64,000 nt of DNA from assembly GCF_009914755.1 (NCBI RefSeq), contig NC_060935.1. One strand, 5' to 3'. The translations under genes were made by a program, and so were the position numbers. A model generated the notes under the pieces. The model was given only the letters and a program-made list of their open reading frames with translations. It ran no database searches and was not told the DNA's origin. Source of the DNA: the human T2T-CHM13v2.0 reference genome, Homo sapiens. Of this stretch, positions 10,940-23,115 are shown one piece after another; the first letter of the stretch is position 1; each line of letters starts with the position of its first letter.

Positions 10940-11470
10940 TGTTGTTTTAGCTGGAATTAAGTTCAAATGCATCTAACAGAACATCTAAAATAACAGAAGT
11001 TTGTCAGAAGACTAGAGATCTGTAGTCCATAGATGATTAGTGGCTCCACTGTTATCAAGAGATCAAGTTTTTTGCTTTTTGGCCTCATTGTTTCTGCTCT
11101 TTGGCTCCACCAAGAGATCAGATTTTCTGCTTTTTGGCCTCACCATTCTGGTGTGTGGCTTCCATCTTTAGAGTAACCTCCTCATCTAAGGGTTTGCTGG
11201 AGCATCAACCATCAAATCCATATTCTAGGCAGTAGAATGGGAAACAAGATCTTTCTCTGGCTTTCTGTCCTCTTTTAATAGAGATGTTCCAGAATTCCCC
11301 CACAATGTTATCCACAAAGAACCTTACTACATGGTCACAAAGAGCTGCAAAATAGTACAAGAAAAGCAATTTTTGAAGCTATTTGTATTGCTACATCCAA
11401 TAATATAACAGTTCTGATAGAAGAAGAAAAGATAATGAATGTTAGTGGCAATTAGTGATCTTGGTCTTCT
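10940..11470 (-). mobile_element. MLT1J-like MaLR LTR
   Basis: taacagaacatctaaaataacag...gtgtggcttccatc...tgctggagcatcaaccatcaaatccatattctaggcag. Confidence 0.7.
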
Positions 11471-11799
11471 TCTTGTTTGGAACAGGGGGAATATGTGAGG
11501 ACTAGTTACAGAAACTTTGTTAGGCCTCACTGGTAAAGAGGATGGCAGGCAGGCTTGAATGAGAAATTACACATATTGTCAGGAAGCAAACTGCAGATGA
11601 GGCAGGGTGGAAGAGAGAATCTATATTGTGAAAAGACCAGATGGCTACTGGTTACTGTTGACTGTCAGGAAGAAAAGTATAAAAAATTTAATTCGACTTA
11701 CAGTTTTATGCAAAAAAGAGAACTCTTTCTAGTTTGACACGTGGTTCTTGATGCACACCCTAGGTATTTCCTACAAATATTTAGTTTAAAGACTCACCT

Positions 11800-12382
11800 C
11801 ACTCAAGAATAACAGTGAAAATGGAATGACCACAGGATTTGTACAAAGATGCTAGAAGAAAAAATGGAAAAACGGGAATTAAAAAAAAATCCAGTGGCAG
11901 CTAAAGAATACTCATCAGAAAGATGTTGCCATGGAGAAATAAAAATTATGATTAAACGTATTACCTGTAGTGAAAAATAACATAATAAAGTAATTGCCAC
12001 TGGAAAACAAAAATCAAAAGGTGAAATATCAGAAGGAGGAACTGCAGGAGCAGTCAGAGCTCAGAGCACACTTGGGGAAGAAAAATTAGTTCAACAAAGG
12101 AATGAACGCAAAACTGAAAATGATAGACATGGTTGAAAATAAGATAAGGGCAAGCAAAATGTAAATTCACTTGAGCATTTTTAAAAAGACCAGAACAAAA
12201 ATAACATACCAAAGACAGACACAGGAAGTCCAAAATACCCATAATTGGTGTTAATGACGAAGGTAACCTAAATAAGAAAACGGAATCAATATATACAGAT
12301 ATGATTTAAGAAAGTTTTCAGAAATAAAAGAAAATTGCATCTATAGATAGAAAGGTCATATTATATCCCAGGAAAAATTGCC
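11800..12382 (+). mobile_element. HAL1 / old L1 ORF1 fragment
   Basis: aagacagacacaggaagtccaaaatacccataattggtg...gaaataaaagaaaattgcatctatagatagaaaggtcatattatatcccaggaaaaattg. Confidence 0.6.
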
Positions 12383-12530
12383 TTGTTAAGTAAAAAGAAA
12401 GCAAGGCATGGATTAGTATGAATGATAGATAGGCTATAATAAATACAAAATATTTATTTTTGCATGTATTAAATATCTCTGAAATAATCTCCAAAAACTG
12501 GCTACAGTGCTTGCCTCTAGGGAGGAGTAT
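12383..12530 (+). mobile_element. L1ME 3' fragment
   Basis: ttgttaagtaaaaagaaagcaagg...aaactggctacagtgcttgcctctagggagg. Confidence 0.5.
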
Positions 12531-12542
12531 TTTTTTTCTTAA

Positions 12543-13100
12543 TTGAGACTGCTACTTGCTTACCAAATATCCATTCTCTTGAACATCAAAATACAGAATT
12601 CTCACTTTGCTGTGTGATATCACCATCCTGATATTTACCACGTCTCTTCTAGCTTAAGTCAGTGGTTCCCAACTAGCAGATATCCCTCCCTTACCCTTTG
12701 GCACATCTGGCAATGTCTGGACATAGTTTAAGGTGTCACAACTAGTGGTGGGGTGTTTTGTTCTACTGGCGTTGGAAGGGATGCTAGCAGGGATTATGCT
12801 AAACATCCTATGGTTCAAAGGCCAGCTCATCACAGCATAGAATTATCCCATCTAAAATGTCCATAATGCTAACATTGAGAAACCCTGGCTTATGTTTGGA
12901 TGTAAACAGATATAATGTGTGGAACTTTTGGGAATCTCTTTAGAAAAAAGAGGGCATGCCTTCTTCCTACTTCTTCAATCCTGCTGCTTAGGAAGTGGGT
13001 GTAATGTCTAGGTTTGAGCAGCCATTTTGGACCCTGAGGACAAGGGTCTTACCTGAAGGATGGTGCAGTAGGGAGCTGGAAGAGCCTAGGTCTTTGATGT
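12543..13100 (+). mobile_element. MLT1J-like LTR interrupted by MER20
   Basis: accaaatatccattctc...cctgctgcttaggaagtgggtgtaatg...gcagccattttggaccctgagg...gagcctaggtctttgatg. Confidence 0.65.
12660..12887 (+). mobile_element. MER20 (hAT-Charlie)
   Basis: cagtggttcccaac...ggcaatgtctgga...ttgagaaaccctg; 8-bp TSD gcttaagt/gcttatgt. Confidence 0.9.
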
Positions 13101-13117
13101 ATTACTTTCTTCTTTGC

Positions 13118-13830
13118 TTTATTCACTAATTTACCAAATATTTATTGCATATGACATATGGCATAGGCCTTTGCAGGCAATTGTAGGACTTTGGCTTTTA
13201 CTCTTTGTGAGATGGGAAACCAGTGGAAAATTTTAAGCAGAAGAGAGACACAATCTGACTTAGCATTTTATAGGATCTCTCTGGCTGCTGGCAGGAACTA
13301 AATTGGGGGCTGAGGAAAAAAGGAAAAAGGAAGCACATGGACAGAATTACTGCAAAAAGTCTTACAATCAATGATGGTGGCTTAGACTGAGGTAATAACA
13401 TGAAGGTGGTGAGAAGTTGTCTTATTCTGGATATATTTAGCAGGTTGGCCAGACAGGATTGATTTGTTAATGGATTAGATGTATAATCTAAAAGAGAAAG
13501 GAGTCAATGATTACTCTAAGGTTTTTTGTCTAGAGTGAAGGAAGGATGGGATTGCCAGGTATTGAGATGCGAAGACACAATAGAACCAATTTGGTTTTGG
13601 ATAAGTTATATTAGAGATGCTCATTAGAAATATCAACTAGGCAATTGACTTATGAGTTGAACTATATGAAGTCACTCACTTTTGACCTATGAAAATAGCA
13701 ATTTTGGATAGTTCAACCTATATAAGTCTGAAGTGTAGGAGAGAGTTCTGAGCTGGGTTTATAAATTTTGGAGTCATTGGCATTTAGATGTCCCTTGAAA
13801 CCAGGACACTGGATGATGTCATCAAGGGCA
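13118..13830 (-). mobile_element. L2a LINE fragment
   Basis: ggactttggcttttactct...gatgggaaaccagtggaaaattttaagcag...gattactctaaggtttttt...ttttggagtcattggcat. Confidence 0.85.
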
Positions 13831-14049
13831 GGCATGTAGATAGGCCTTGCTAAACCAAAGCAGCATGTTAATAGAATTGGCATCTCTACCAGACTGGGAA
13901 AACATTTTCCTGTGTTTCCTCAAACCCTGAGAGAGAATGATGAAACAACCCGGAGAGAATGAAACCCTGAGAGAGAATGATGACCAACATTGAACTTGTT
14001 TCAATTCATTTGTTTTCTGAGCATTTGCAAACATTTCTCTCTTTTTGTT

Positions 14050-14800
14050 TGATATGGTTTGGACCTGTGTCCCCACCCAAATCTCATGTTCAATAGTAAT
14101 CCCCAGTGTTGGAGGTGGGGCATTGTGGGAGATGTTTGGATCATGGGAGCACATTTCTCATGAATGGTTTAGCACCATCCTCATTTGTACTGTCCTCACA
14201 ATAGTGAGTGAGTTCTCATGAGATCTGGTCATTTAAAAGTGTGTAGCTCCTCCTCTCTCTCTCTCTCTCTCTCTCTCTCGATCCTGCTCTGGCCATGTGA
14301 CATGCCTGTTCACCCTTCACCTTCCACTGTGATTGTAAGTTTCCTGAGGACTCCTCGGAAGCTGAGTGGATGCCAGCATCATGCTTCCTGTACAGCCTGC
14401 AGAACCATCATCCAATTAAACCAGTCTCAGGTATTTATTTACAGCAGTGTGAGAATGGACTAATACAGGGATCCCCACCTCAGGGCCATGGACAGGTACT
14501 AGCCTGTGGCATGTTAGGAACCAGGTCACACAGCATGAGGTGAGTGGCAGGTGAGTGAGTAAAGCTGAGCTCCGTCTCCATCAGATTAGCAGTGGCATTA
14601 GCTTCTCATAGGAGACTGAATGCTCTTGTGAACTGTGCATGCAAAGGATCTAAGTCGCATGCTTTTTTTGAGAATCTAATAATAAATGTAATGAGCTTGA
14701 ATAATCCGGAAACCCGTCCTTTAACCTGTCCATGGAAAAATTGTCTTCCATGAAACCAGTCTCTGGTGCCAAAAAGGTTGGGGATCACTGGACTAATACA
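14050..14800 (+). mobile_element. MSTA MaLR solo LTR, with MER1B inserted 2 bp from its 3' end
   Basis: tgatatggtttgg...gaatggactaata[MER1B]gactaataca; 5-bp TSD ttgtt/gtgtt. Confidence 0.9.
14466..14790 (+). mobile_element. MER1B (hAT-Charlie)
   Basis: cagggatcccca...ggtgccaaaaaggttggggatcactg; perfect 8-bp TSD gactaata (14458-14465 / 14791-14798). Confidence 0.92.
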
Positions 14801-14869
14801 GTGTTCCTTCCCTCTTTTATCTACAGCATCACAACCTCTTTAAGGTTTTGATATCTTTCCATGTATATG

Positions 14870-16370
14870 TATAAGCATAACATATACATGGAAAAGTGTA
14901 AAGATCTTAAATGAATTTATGGTGAATTTTCACCAAAGTGAACATATGTGTCCGTAGCATTCATATCAAAAGCACATTTTTTCACTAGCATTTCGAAAAC
15001 TTCCGTTATGCACCCCCTCATTCATCACTGTCCCTGCAAACATAATTGCCATCCTAACAATTAACACCATAATAGTTTTCCTTTGTATAAATTCTGCTAT
15101 TTATGGATATTTCAGGGCATTTCTAGTTTTGGCAGTTATGAATAATGCTTTTATAATTATTCTTGTCAATGTCTTTGGATGAATATATTCATTTTTGTTG
15201 GCTATCTACCTAGGGGTGGAATTTCTACATCAGAGGATATGCATGTGTTCGGATTTGGTAGACAAAGTCAGTTTTCTCAAGGTAGTTGTATCAACGTATC
15301 TTTTAGCTAGCCATGTATGAGAGTTCTGAATACTCAACAACCTCACCAACACTTGGCGTATTCTGTGTTTTCCATTTTGGTTTTGGTATGCTTTTTTAAT
15401 GACTTATAAAATTGAGCATTCCTTCATATGTATATTGGCCATTTTGATATCCTCTTTTGGGAAGTGCCTGTTCAATTATTTTGCCCATTTTTCTATTGGA
15501 CTATCTGTCTCTTTCCTTATATATTCTGGATATGAGTCTTTTGTAAGATATATACATCTCGAATTTTTTCCCTACTCTGTCTTTTTATGAGAAAACTTCT
15601 TAATAGCATCCAGTTTATTAATTGTTTTTTATATTTAGTGTGTTTTTGTCCTATTTAAGACACATTTTCTTACCTCAAGTTTGTGAGATATTGTCTTTTG
15701 TTTTATTTTGAAAAACATATAATTTTACCTTTCATGTCATCACCTGCAACCTATCTGCAATTAACTTTTATGTACGGTGTGAGCTATAATTCAAGCTTCA
15801 TGATTTTTTCTTTATGGATACTCGATTGATCCAGCATCATTTATTGAAAATACCACTCTTTCCCTATGGCACTGTGATGTCATCTTTGCCAAAAATTGTG
15901 TGAGTGTAGATATGGAATCTATTTCTATATTGTTTCATTGTTCTATTTTTTCTATCCTTGCACATGTATTACACTGTTAATGATTATAGTCTTAGAATGT
16001 CTTGGTATGATGTCTCAATGTCTTGTAGTATAAAGTCTTCCAGTTTTGTTCTTCTTTTTCATCATTCTAATGGCAATTCTTGGCCCTTTTTCAAGTAAAT
16101 TAAAAAAATTAGATTGTACTTAAAAAAAGCTTCTGGGATTTAGATTTTGATATACATTGTATTGAATCTACAGATTGATTTGTGGATAAATTGCCATATT
16201 TACATTTTTGAGTCATGCAATTCATGAGACTGGTATATTCTTCAGTTTATTTAGGTTTTATTATTTTTTTTCAATATTTGGTAGTTTTCTTTGTAAAAGT
16301 CTTACATATATTTTGTTACATATTGTTTTTGGCATTTGATTCCTTTTATACTATTATAAAGTGTCTATTT
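14870..16370 (-). mobile_element. Old L1M (L1MC/ME-type) 3' region
   Basis: T-rich antisense L1 signature (ctcaccaacacttgg, gagcattccttcatatgtatattggccatt, gatccagcatcatttattgaaaa, gtattgaatctacagattgatttg). Confidence 0.85.
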
Positions 16371-17247
16371 GAGAATTTTAAACTCCTTGGCTTAATCTCT
16401 AGTACAGATTCTAAAATCTCAGACGGTAGGGATCTATTCATTCTTTTTTTTTTGATAGTGGCAGGAAGAAAAGGTGAGGGAGGGGGGAGAGAGAGAGAGA
16501 GAGAGGAGAAACAGAAAGCAATTTACCCAGCAGGATAAAATCTACAGTCATTTGGAAAATGGACTGAAATAATGCAGGCTCATGTGAAGGCACTTGAAAC
16601 ATCTCCATGGTGACCAGGCTGCAAAGTTCCACCCAATGGGTGTCTGTGATATTGCCATTGTGTCATTTAATATGGAGCTAGTTAGTTCTGCTAAGAGGGA
16701 CAATGCAACTTCTCAGAACAACCTTCTAAGTGATAACCAGCTTTGAATGGTTTTTTTGGTTGTTGTTTGAGTTTTACTGCTTTTGGTTTCCCTTTCTGTT
16801 TGAGTTTTCCCACAAAACTCCCCATGATCAGGCTTTCTCCCTGTTGGTAAAATCATTCCAGCTTCAGAGGCAAATGCTTTTAACCCTCAGCAGAAGCCAG
16901 GGCCCTTCTCTGCTTCACACTGAAAACCTTTAAGAAGCAGTAAGGTTTCATAGTTTCTTCTCATTGTCTTCTTCACCCAGTTAATTATTCTTAATCTGTC
17001 AGGTAAAAATGGCAATATATATACTAGTCTGATTCTTTGAATACAAACATAACCTCAAACTTTAGAATTTGTGCCTTATTGTTCCTTGGCCAGATTCCCT
17101 GTGCAATGTTGCACAACAGGGAAAAATCAAGATGGATAATACAGTTTCCTAAAGGACCGGAGAAAAGAAGATGCTATTAATATTTAGGTGGTGATACAAT
17201 AGATAGTTTCTCATGATGCTGAATAAGTTCTTGCTTTTGCTCATGAG

Positions 17248-18237
17248 TGTGGTAGATATATTAATTTTTGACTCCCAGCATCTAATCACCCTTTTCCTTA
17301 AACATCCTTCTCTGTTTCTCTTCTAGGAAACCACTTGACCCTCACTCTTAATCTATTTGCTTTGAATGCAGTTCACTGCAACCCTGGCTCCATAGGTAGG
17401 CATTTAACTGGCTTGGCTGACCAGAGATCTATATTCTCTTCACAGTGATTCCTTGAGGGATGGGTGTCAGTCCATTTTTCGCTGCTATAACAAAATACCT
17501 GAGACTAAGTAATTTACAGTGAACAGAAATTTATTTGGTGCATAGTTCTGGAGGCTGGAAAGTCCAATATCAAGGTGCTGACATCTTTCGAGGGCCTTCT
17601 TACTGCATCATCCCATGGAGGAAGGTGAGAAAGTGAGAGAAGGTGCGAGAATGCAGGAGAGACTGAACTCATCCTTTCATAAGGAATCCATTCCTTCAAT
17701 AAAAATCTCACTTCTGTAATAACAAACCCACTCCTGCAATAATGACATTAATTCATTGATGAGGACAAAGCCCTCATGGCCCAACCACCTCTAACTAGGT
17801 CCCACTTCCTAACACTGTTGCCCCAGGGATTCAGTTTCCAACACATAACTTTGGAGGGCCCATTCAAACTGTAGTATTGGGCATGTTGCCCTGTCAGAGA
17901 CTGTGGGACACAGTGAGGCATTTCTGGGAGTAGTGGTAGAGAAGCACATTCTCCTTTGTGTTAAACTTAAGACTCAGAAGTTTTATTCTGGAAATGAAGG
18001 CAGCTGCCATGTCATCAAGTAGAACCTTAGAATGAAGCCCATGTGTAGGAGGGCAGATGAAGAAATACCAGTAACTGATGTCCTTCTTTGAGCCCTTGAA
18101 GTTGAGATACCTCTAGACTTTTACACTTTGTGAACAAATGCATTTTTTTAGCTTAAATCAGTTCAGGGTTTATTTTGTGTCTGTTTATGTATGTTTATGT
18201 GTGACTATATTTACAATAAAAATGATTCTAACCTGTA
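17248..18237 (+). mobile_element. MLT1K-like LTR split by an MST LTR
   Basis: tgtggtagatat...cccagcatctaatcacc; resumes at 17877 ...cttaaatcagttcagggttt...tgattctaacctgta. Confidence 0.55.
17465..17876 (-). mobile_element. MSTC/MSTD-like MaLR LTR
   Basis: tgtcagtccatttttcgctgctataacaaaatacc...cattcaaactgtagta; TSD atggg/ttggg. Confidence 0.85.
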
Positions 18238-18549
18238 TAATGGCAGTGGATGAAAAGAGACTTAGTTGTAAAACAACTTTGTGTAGGATTCCTTTGCATG
18301 AGAAAAGGAGCTAAATTAATTATTGACCATATCATTTGGGGATGTTAAGGTTGCTAAAAATGTAACACAATGATTTTCAATTCAAATGTACCTGCAGTTT
18401 TAAAAAACAATGCCCAACCCCATTGCCCATTGCCATGTTAAGGCCCGAAGTTACATATAGGCCAGAAGTTACATATAGGCCCTTGTGCTGGTAGAAAAAT
18501 ATGCATAAAAATTTTCCACTCCATGCAGCAAGAAGGTGTGACAAAAGGA

Positions 18550-18745
18550 AATAGATTCTTGTTCTATTTTCCAATGTAATTGAATGTGATCTTGGACAGT
18601 TCTCTTTATCAAGGTAGGTCTCAATTTCCTTGTCAGAAAAATGAGGCTAATAATACCTGCCCTTTCTTTAGGTTATTGTGAAACACAAATGAGATGAATA
18701 TAAAAATGTTTCAAGTAAGAATGTATTCAAATTTAATGTGTCATC
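18550..18745 (+). mobile_element. MIR (MIRc/MIR3-like)
   Basis: tgtgatcttggacagt...tctcaatttccttgtcagaaaaatgaggctaataatacctgcc...ttattgtgaaacacaaatgagatg. Confidence 0.7.
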
Positions 18746-19025
18746 ATCATTATTATTTTTCATAAAAGAAAGATTCAAGAATGACTTTAAACATGTTGAT
18801 GTTTCAAAGTCTCAGAAAAAAAAAGTAAAACCCGTGTATATAAAACTATTGAAGTGTTTACCTATATTTCTAATCCAGGTGTATGTTACCAAAGGAGATG
18901 TAAGTCATCAGGTTATGCAAACAAAATACAGTGGTTTTACAATCTTTTAGACACATTAAGGGCAGATTTCTCATCAAATTAATGGCCCACTTGAATAAGA
19001 AATTAAGTAACCAATAATATATTTT

Positions 19026-19490
19026 AGTAGGTCTTGTTGCCTACCTAAAATTCATCAACTCTTTTCAAATCTCATTTTTGTTTAGATTTCCATCCCATCC
19101 TTAGCTCCAGGAGGAACCCTGATTTCTAAACAGATAAGCACATGCCATTCTCATAACGAGAGTTACTAGTCCACGGATGCAGTCACGCTTTGAGCTGGCT
19201 CAATCAGACTGGAGGGAGAAGCTTATGTTCTCTCCTACTGAATGTGGTCAGGGAAGTGTGCAGCTCTGGTTGTCACTTGGAGCCATGCTTGCTGTGACAA
19301 AGGGAAGCAGCTCTCAGAGGAAGCTGCCACTGAGGAGTGCAGAAGGGAGTAGTAGAGACAACCTAGGATTTCATGGCATCATTATCTTTCTGGGCTTCCA
19401 GTTACAGGTGTTCCTGCATTTCCTTATTATTTAAGCCAGTTTGAATCTACATTTTCTGTTACTTGCAGCCAAAGTTATTCTCAATGACCC
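19026..19490 (+). mobile_element. MLT1K/L-like MaLR LTR
   Basis: agctccaggaggaaccctgatt...ggagccatgcttgc...atttaagccagtttgaatct...ttctgttacttgcagccaaag. Confidence 0.55.
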
Positions 19491-19681
19491 TATATATTTT
19501 TGGAGGCTTCCTAGAAATCCCTGAGATGAAATTACTGTAAAAACTATGTATTGCAGTACTGTTTTCTCATCTTCGTTAATCTGGTTTCCATCCTCCTTTT
19601 CTTTCTTAGGAAGACTAGAAAGAAGATGTTATTGATTATTTGAACTCAACTGAGCAGAGGTCAATCCTCAGCATATTACTA

Positions 19682-20021
<340 letters not shown>

Positions 20022-20095
20022 CATAATGCGTTTTAGAAGATGTTCATTTTATCTGAGAGCTGCTTATGGGTAGTCAGGCTGGAAGCTCCAGCAAA

Positions 20096-20250
20096 TAAAG
20101 TTGCCAGATCAAGCAATCAAGATACAGAATGCCCAGCTAAATTTGAATTTTAGATTAACAATATATATTTTAGTATAAGTATGTCCCATGCAATATTTGA
20201 GACATACTTAAACTAAAAGTTATTTATTGTTTATCTAAAATTCATAATTC
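20096..20250. mobile_element. MER53 palindromic MITE, 3' end degraded
   Basis: gttgccagat...tacagaatgcccagctaaatttgaatt...tagtataagtatgtcccatgcaatatttgagacatacttaaacta...ttgtttatctaaaattc. Confidence 0.9.
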
Positions 20251-20417
20251 TGCAGCTAAATCAATAACTGAAGTACTTTCAAATTTATGTATGCCAATTG
20301 TGAAAACAAAATTATAGATTAAAAGTGGTACAACTTGTTCTTCTCGACCTTGCACTTGAATGTTTTTCTGGCTAAATACACATCATGATTACCCATTTTA
20401 AAACAAGGTGATGCTTC

Positions 20418-20652
20418 AGGTCAGGAGTTCAAGACCAACCTGGCCAACACGGTGAAACCCTGTCTCTACTAAAAATACAAAAATTAACTGGGAGTGGTGG
20501 TGTGTGCCTGTAATCTCAGCTACTAGGGAGGCTGAGGCAGGAGATTCACTTGAGCCCAGGAGGTGGAGGTTGCAGTGAGCCAAGATCACATCACTGCGCT
20601 CCAGCCTGGGTGACAGAGTGAGACTCCGTCTCAAAAAAAAAAAAAGAAAAAA
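20418..20652 (+). mobile_element. 5'-truncated AluS
   Basis: Starts at aggtcaggagttc; A-tail; TSD aaggtgatgctt at 20405-20416 and 20653-20664. Confidence 0.95.
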
Positions 20653-21382
20653 AAGGTGATGCTTAAGACAAATTTATAAAACTATTTTTTCATATAAGCC
20701 TTTTAGCTACTGGGTGAAAGTAATACTTTCACAGGGTCTCAGAAATCACATTACATAAACAACCTCTTACTGTTTCTTTGGGTAAAGTTGGCCCAGAACT
20801 GGGAGCAATTATTCTATTATTTCCAGACAAATGTGAGTCTGAACTAAATTGCTTGTTGCATACTGAAAGGATAACTCAGGGAATTCAAGATCAGTCAACA
20901 AGTGCAAAGGAGTGACAGAATCAAGAGTCAGGACATAGAAAGTTGGACAGAAATATTTAGGGGGTTAAGAAGGAAGGTCCTGGGTCATTGCTGAAAATCT
21001 GGCCATGCATCCAGGTATCTGCATCACCCTTTGGGTTATTCACGTAGAATGTGGATTATTCAGGTTGCCGCTCAGGGTGTGGTATCAGAAAGAAGAGAAT
21101 TATACTCAGAATTCCCAATACTTGGCCCTAGTCTTTCTTAAAATAAGAGATCTTTATGTGCATCTCTTCCTCTTGTCTCAGAGTTTTGGCAGAGGCCCTA
21201 AGAGGTGAAAAAGACACACTTAGATTCCAAGTGAAATGCCATCCTAAAATGAAGTGTAAGGCCATTGATGCAGGGCATGCCAGTAAGACTGTGAATGGGT
21301 TTTGCAGCCATCTGCCTCTAGTTCACATAAGAGGCTGAGAGAGAATTATCAATAACTGTGCATTTTTCTTCCCCTCAGTTGG

Positions 21383-21744
21383 TGTATTAATCTGTTTTCA
21401 TACTGCTGTAAAGAAGTATGAGAGTGGGTAATTTATAAAGAAAAAGAGGTTTAATGGACTCACAGTTCCACATGGCTGTGGAGGCCTCACCATCATGACA
21501 GAAGGTGAAGAAGGAGCAGAGGCACATCTTTCATGGTGGCCAGCAAGAGAGTGTGTGCAGGGGAACTGCCGTTTATAAAACCATCAGATTTTGTGAGACT
21601 TTTTCACTATCACAAGAACAGCATGGGAAAAAGCTGCCCCCATGATTCAATTACCTCCCACTGAGTCCCTTCCACAACACATGGGGATTATGGGGACTAC
21701 AATTCAAGATGAGATATGGGTGGGGACACAGCCAAACCATATCA
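21383..21744 (-). mobile_element. THE1C MaLR solo LTR
   Basis: tgtattaatctg...gtgtgtgcaggggaactgcc...gggacacagccaaaccatatca. Confidence 0.92.
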
Positions 21745-22032
21745 CTTGCAGAGGCCAGTAGTGTTGCTTCCCATCACCTTACTCCCAATGAGAGGGGCAT
21801 CAGGGGAACGTTCAGAAAGTTTGACATGTGGTTCTTGAAATGTAGGAAATGTGAGACTCCTGTTGGATACTCCCCTGGAGGAAGATCAGAGGAAAAATTC
21901 TCTGGCTACAGCTGCTGGCTTGGCTGTATTGGGGGTGATCTGCATGGGGCAAAAGTGCCTGTTTTCTGGGGGTCGGCCCGTATGTCTTTATCTCTTTGTA
22001 TTTTTTAAATCTCTCTTTTTTTTTCTCTCTCT

Positions 22033-22414
22033 CTATTAGGCTATTCTTGCATTGCTATAAATAAATACCTGAGACTGGGTAATTTATGAAGACAAAAGGT
22101 TTAATTGGCTCAAAGTTCTGCAGGCTTTATAGGAAGCATGGTGCTGGCATCTGCTCTGCTTATAGGGAGGCCTCAGGTAGCTTAAAATCATGCCCGAAGG
22201 TGAAGGGGTAGAAGGGATGTCACCTGGCAAAACCAGGAGCAAGAGGAGAGAGTGTGTGTGGGGGGGGTGCCACATGCCTTTAAATCACCAGATGTCACGA
22301 GAACTTACTGTCATGAAGACAGCACCAAGCCATGATCCAAACACCAGGACCTACCTCCAGCACTGATGATTACAATTCAGCATGAGGTTTTATGAGGAAC
22401 AAATATCCAAACTG

Positions 22415-22415
<1 letters not shown>
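22033..22415 (-). mobile_element. MSTB-like MaLR LTR
   Basis: tattaggctattcttgcattgctataaataaatacctgagactgggtaattt...acaaatatccaaactg. Confidence 0.88.

Positions 22416-22477
<62 letters not shown>
22414..22477. repeat. Compound (TC)n(TG)n microsatellite
   Basis: Direct reading. Confidence 0.95.
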
Positions 22478-22479
<2 letters not shown>

Positions 22480-22480
<1 letters not shown>

Positions 22481-23115
22481 GAAGGCTTCCTTTCAAAAGG
22501 ACGGCTTGGACAGGCAGAAAGACTGTATTGGTAGAAGTCTATGTAGAGAAGAGGCATCCTCCTCCTCAAAGCAGTGCAGAGGTTTCCAGCAGAGGGATTT
22601 CTGAAGAACCTGTCAAACTGCCCCCATGAAAGAACCAGCTCCACACCCTGAAGGAACCAACACCAAATTACAATGGTCACTGCCACAGAGACTGTGCCAA
22701 CTCTACCTTTTTACCCTCATCCTTTATTCCTCTGAGCCCAAGGATGAAGAGCTTTGAGGCCATTTCTAGAATCATGCTGTGTGGGGAGGAGTAGATGGTG
22801 TGGGACACAGCTGATGGACACATCCCTGTCCCTACTGCAGGCTCCAAGACTGAGGAATGCCTCGGGAGCAGGGGAGGGAGAAATCTTACATTGCATGGGT
22901 TTTGAGTTTTGATTATTACATTGGATGAGGTATTTTGATTACTGAAGTGAGACTATTCTTGACCTGAAGGGACCAGGAAGTCATGGGCCTGCCTGACAGT
23001 CAACTGGGCTGAGGATAAAGGGATTCACAGAGTGTGCTTAACTGGGGATATGAGAAAGACTAAAGATGCATTATAATTGCACCCTATCCCATACAGCCCA
23101 TTCTGCACCGTGAGT
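22480..23115 (+). mobile_element. Ancient gypsy-like LTR (MamGypLTR-type), probably the host of THE1C and MSTB
   Basis: ttttgattactgaagtgagactattcttgac...gaccaggaagtcatgggcctgcc...taaagatgcattataattgcaccc. Confidence 0.45.
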
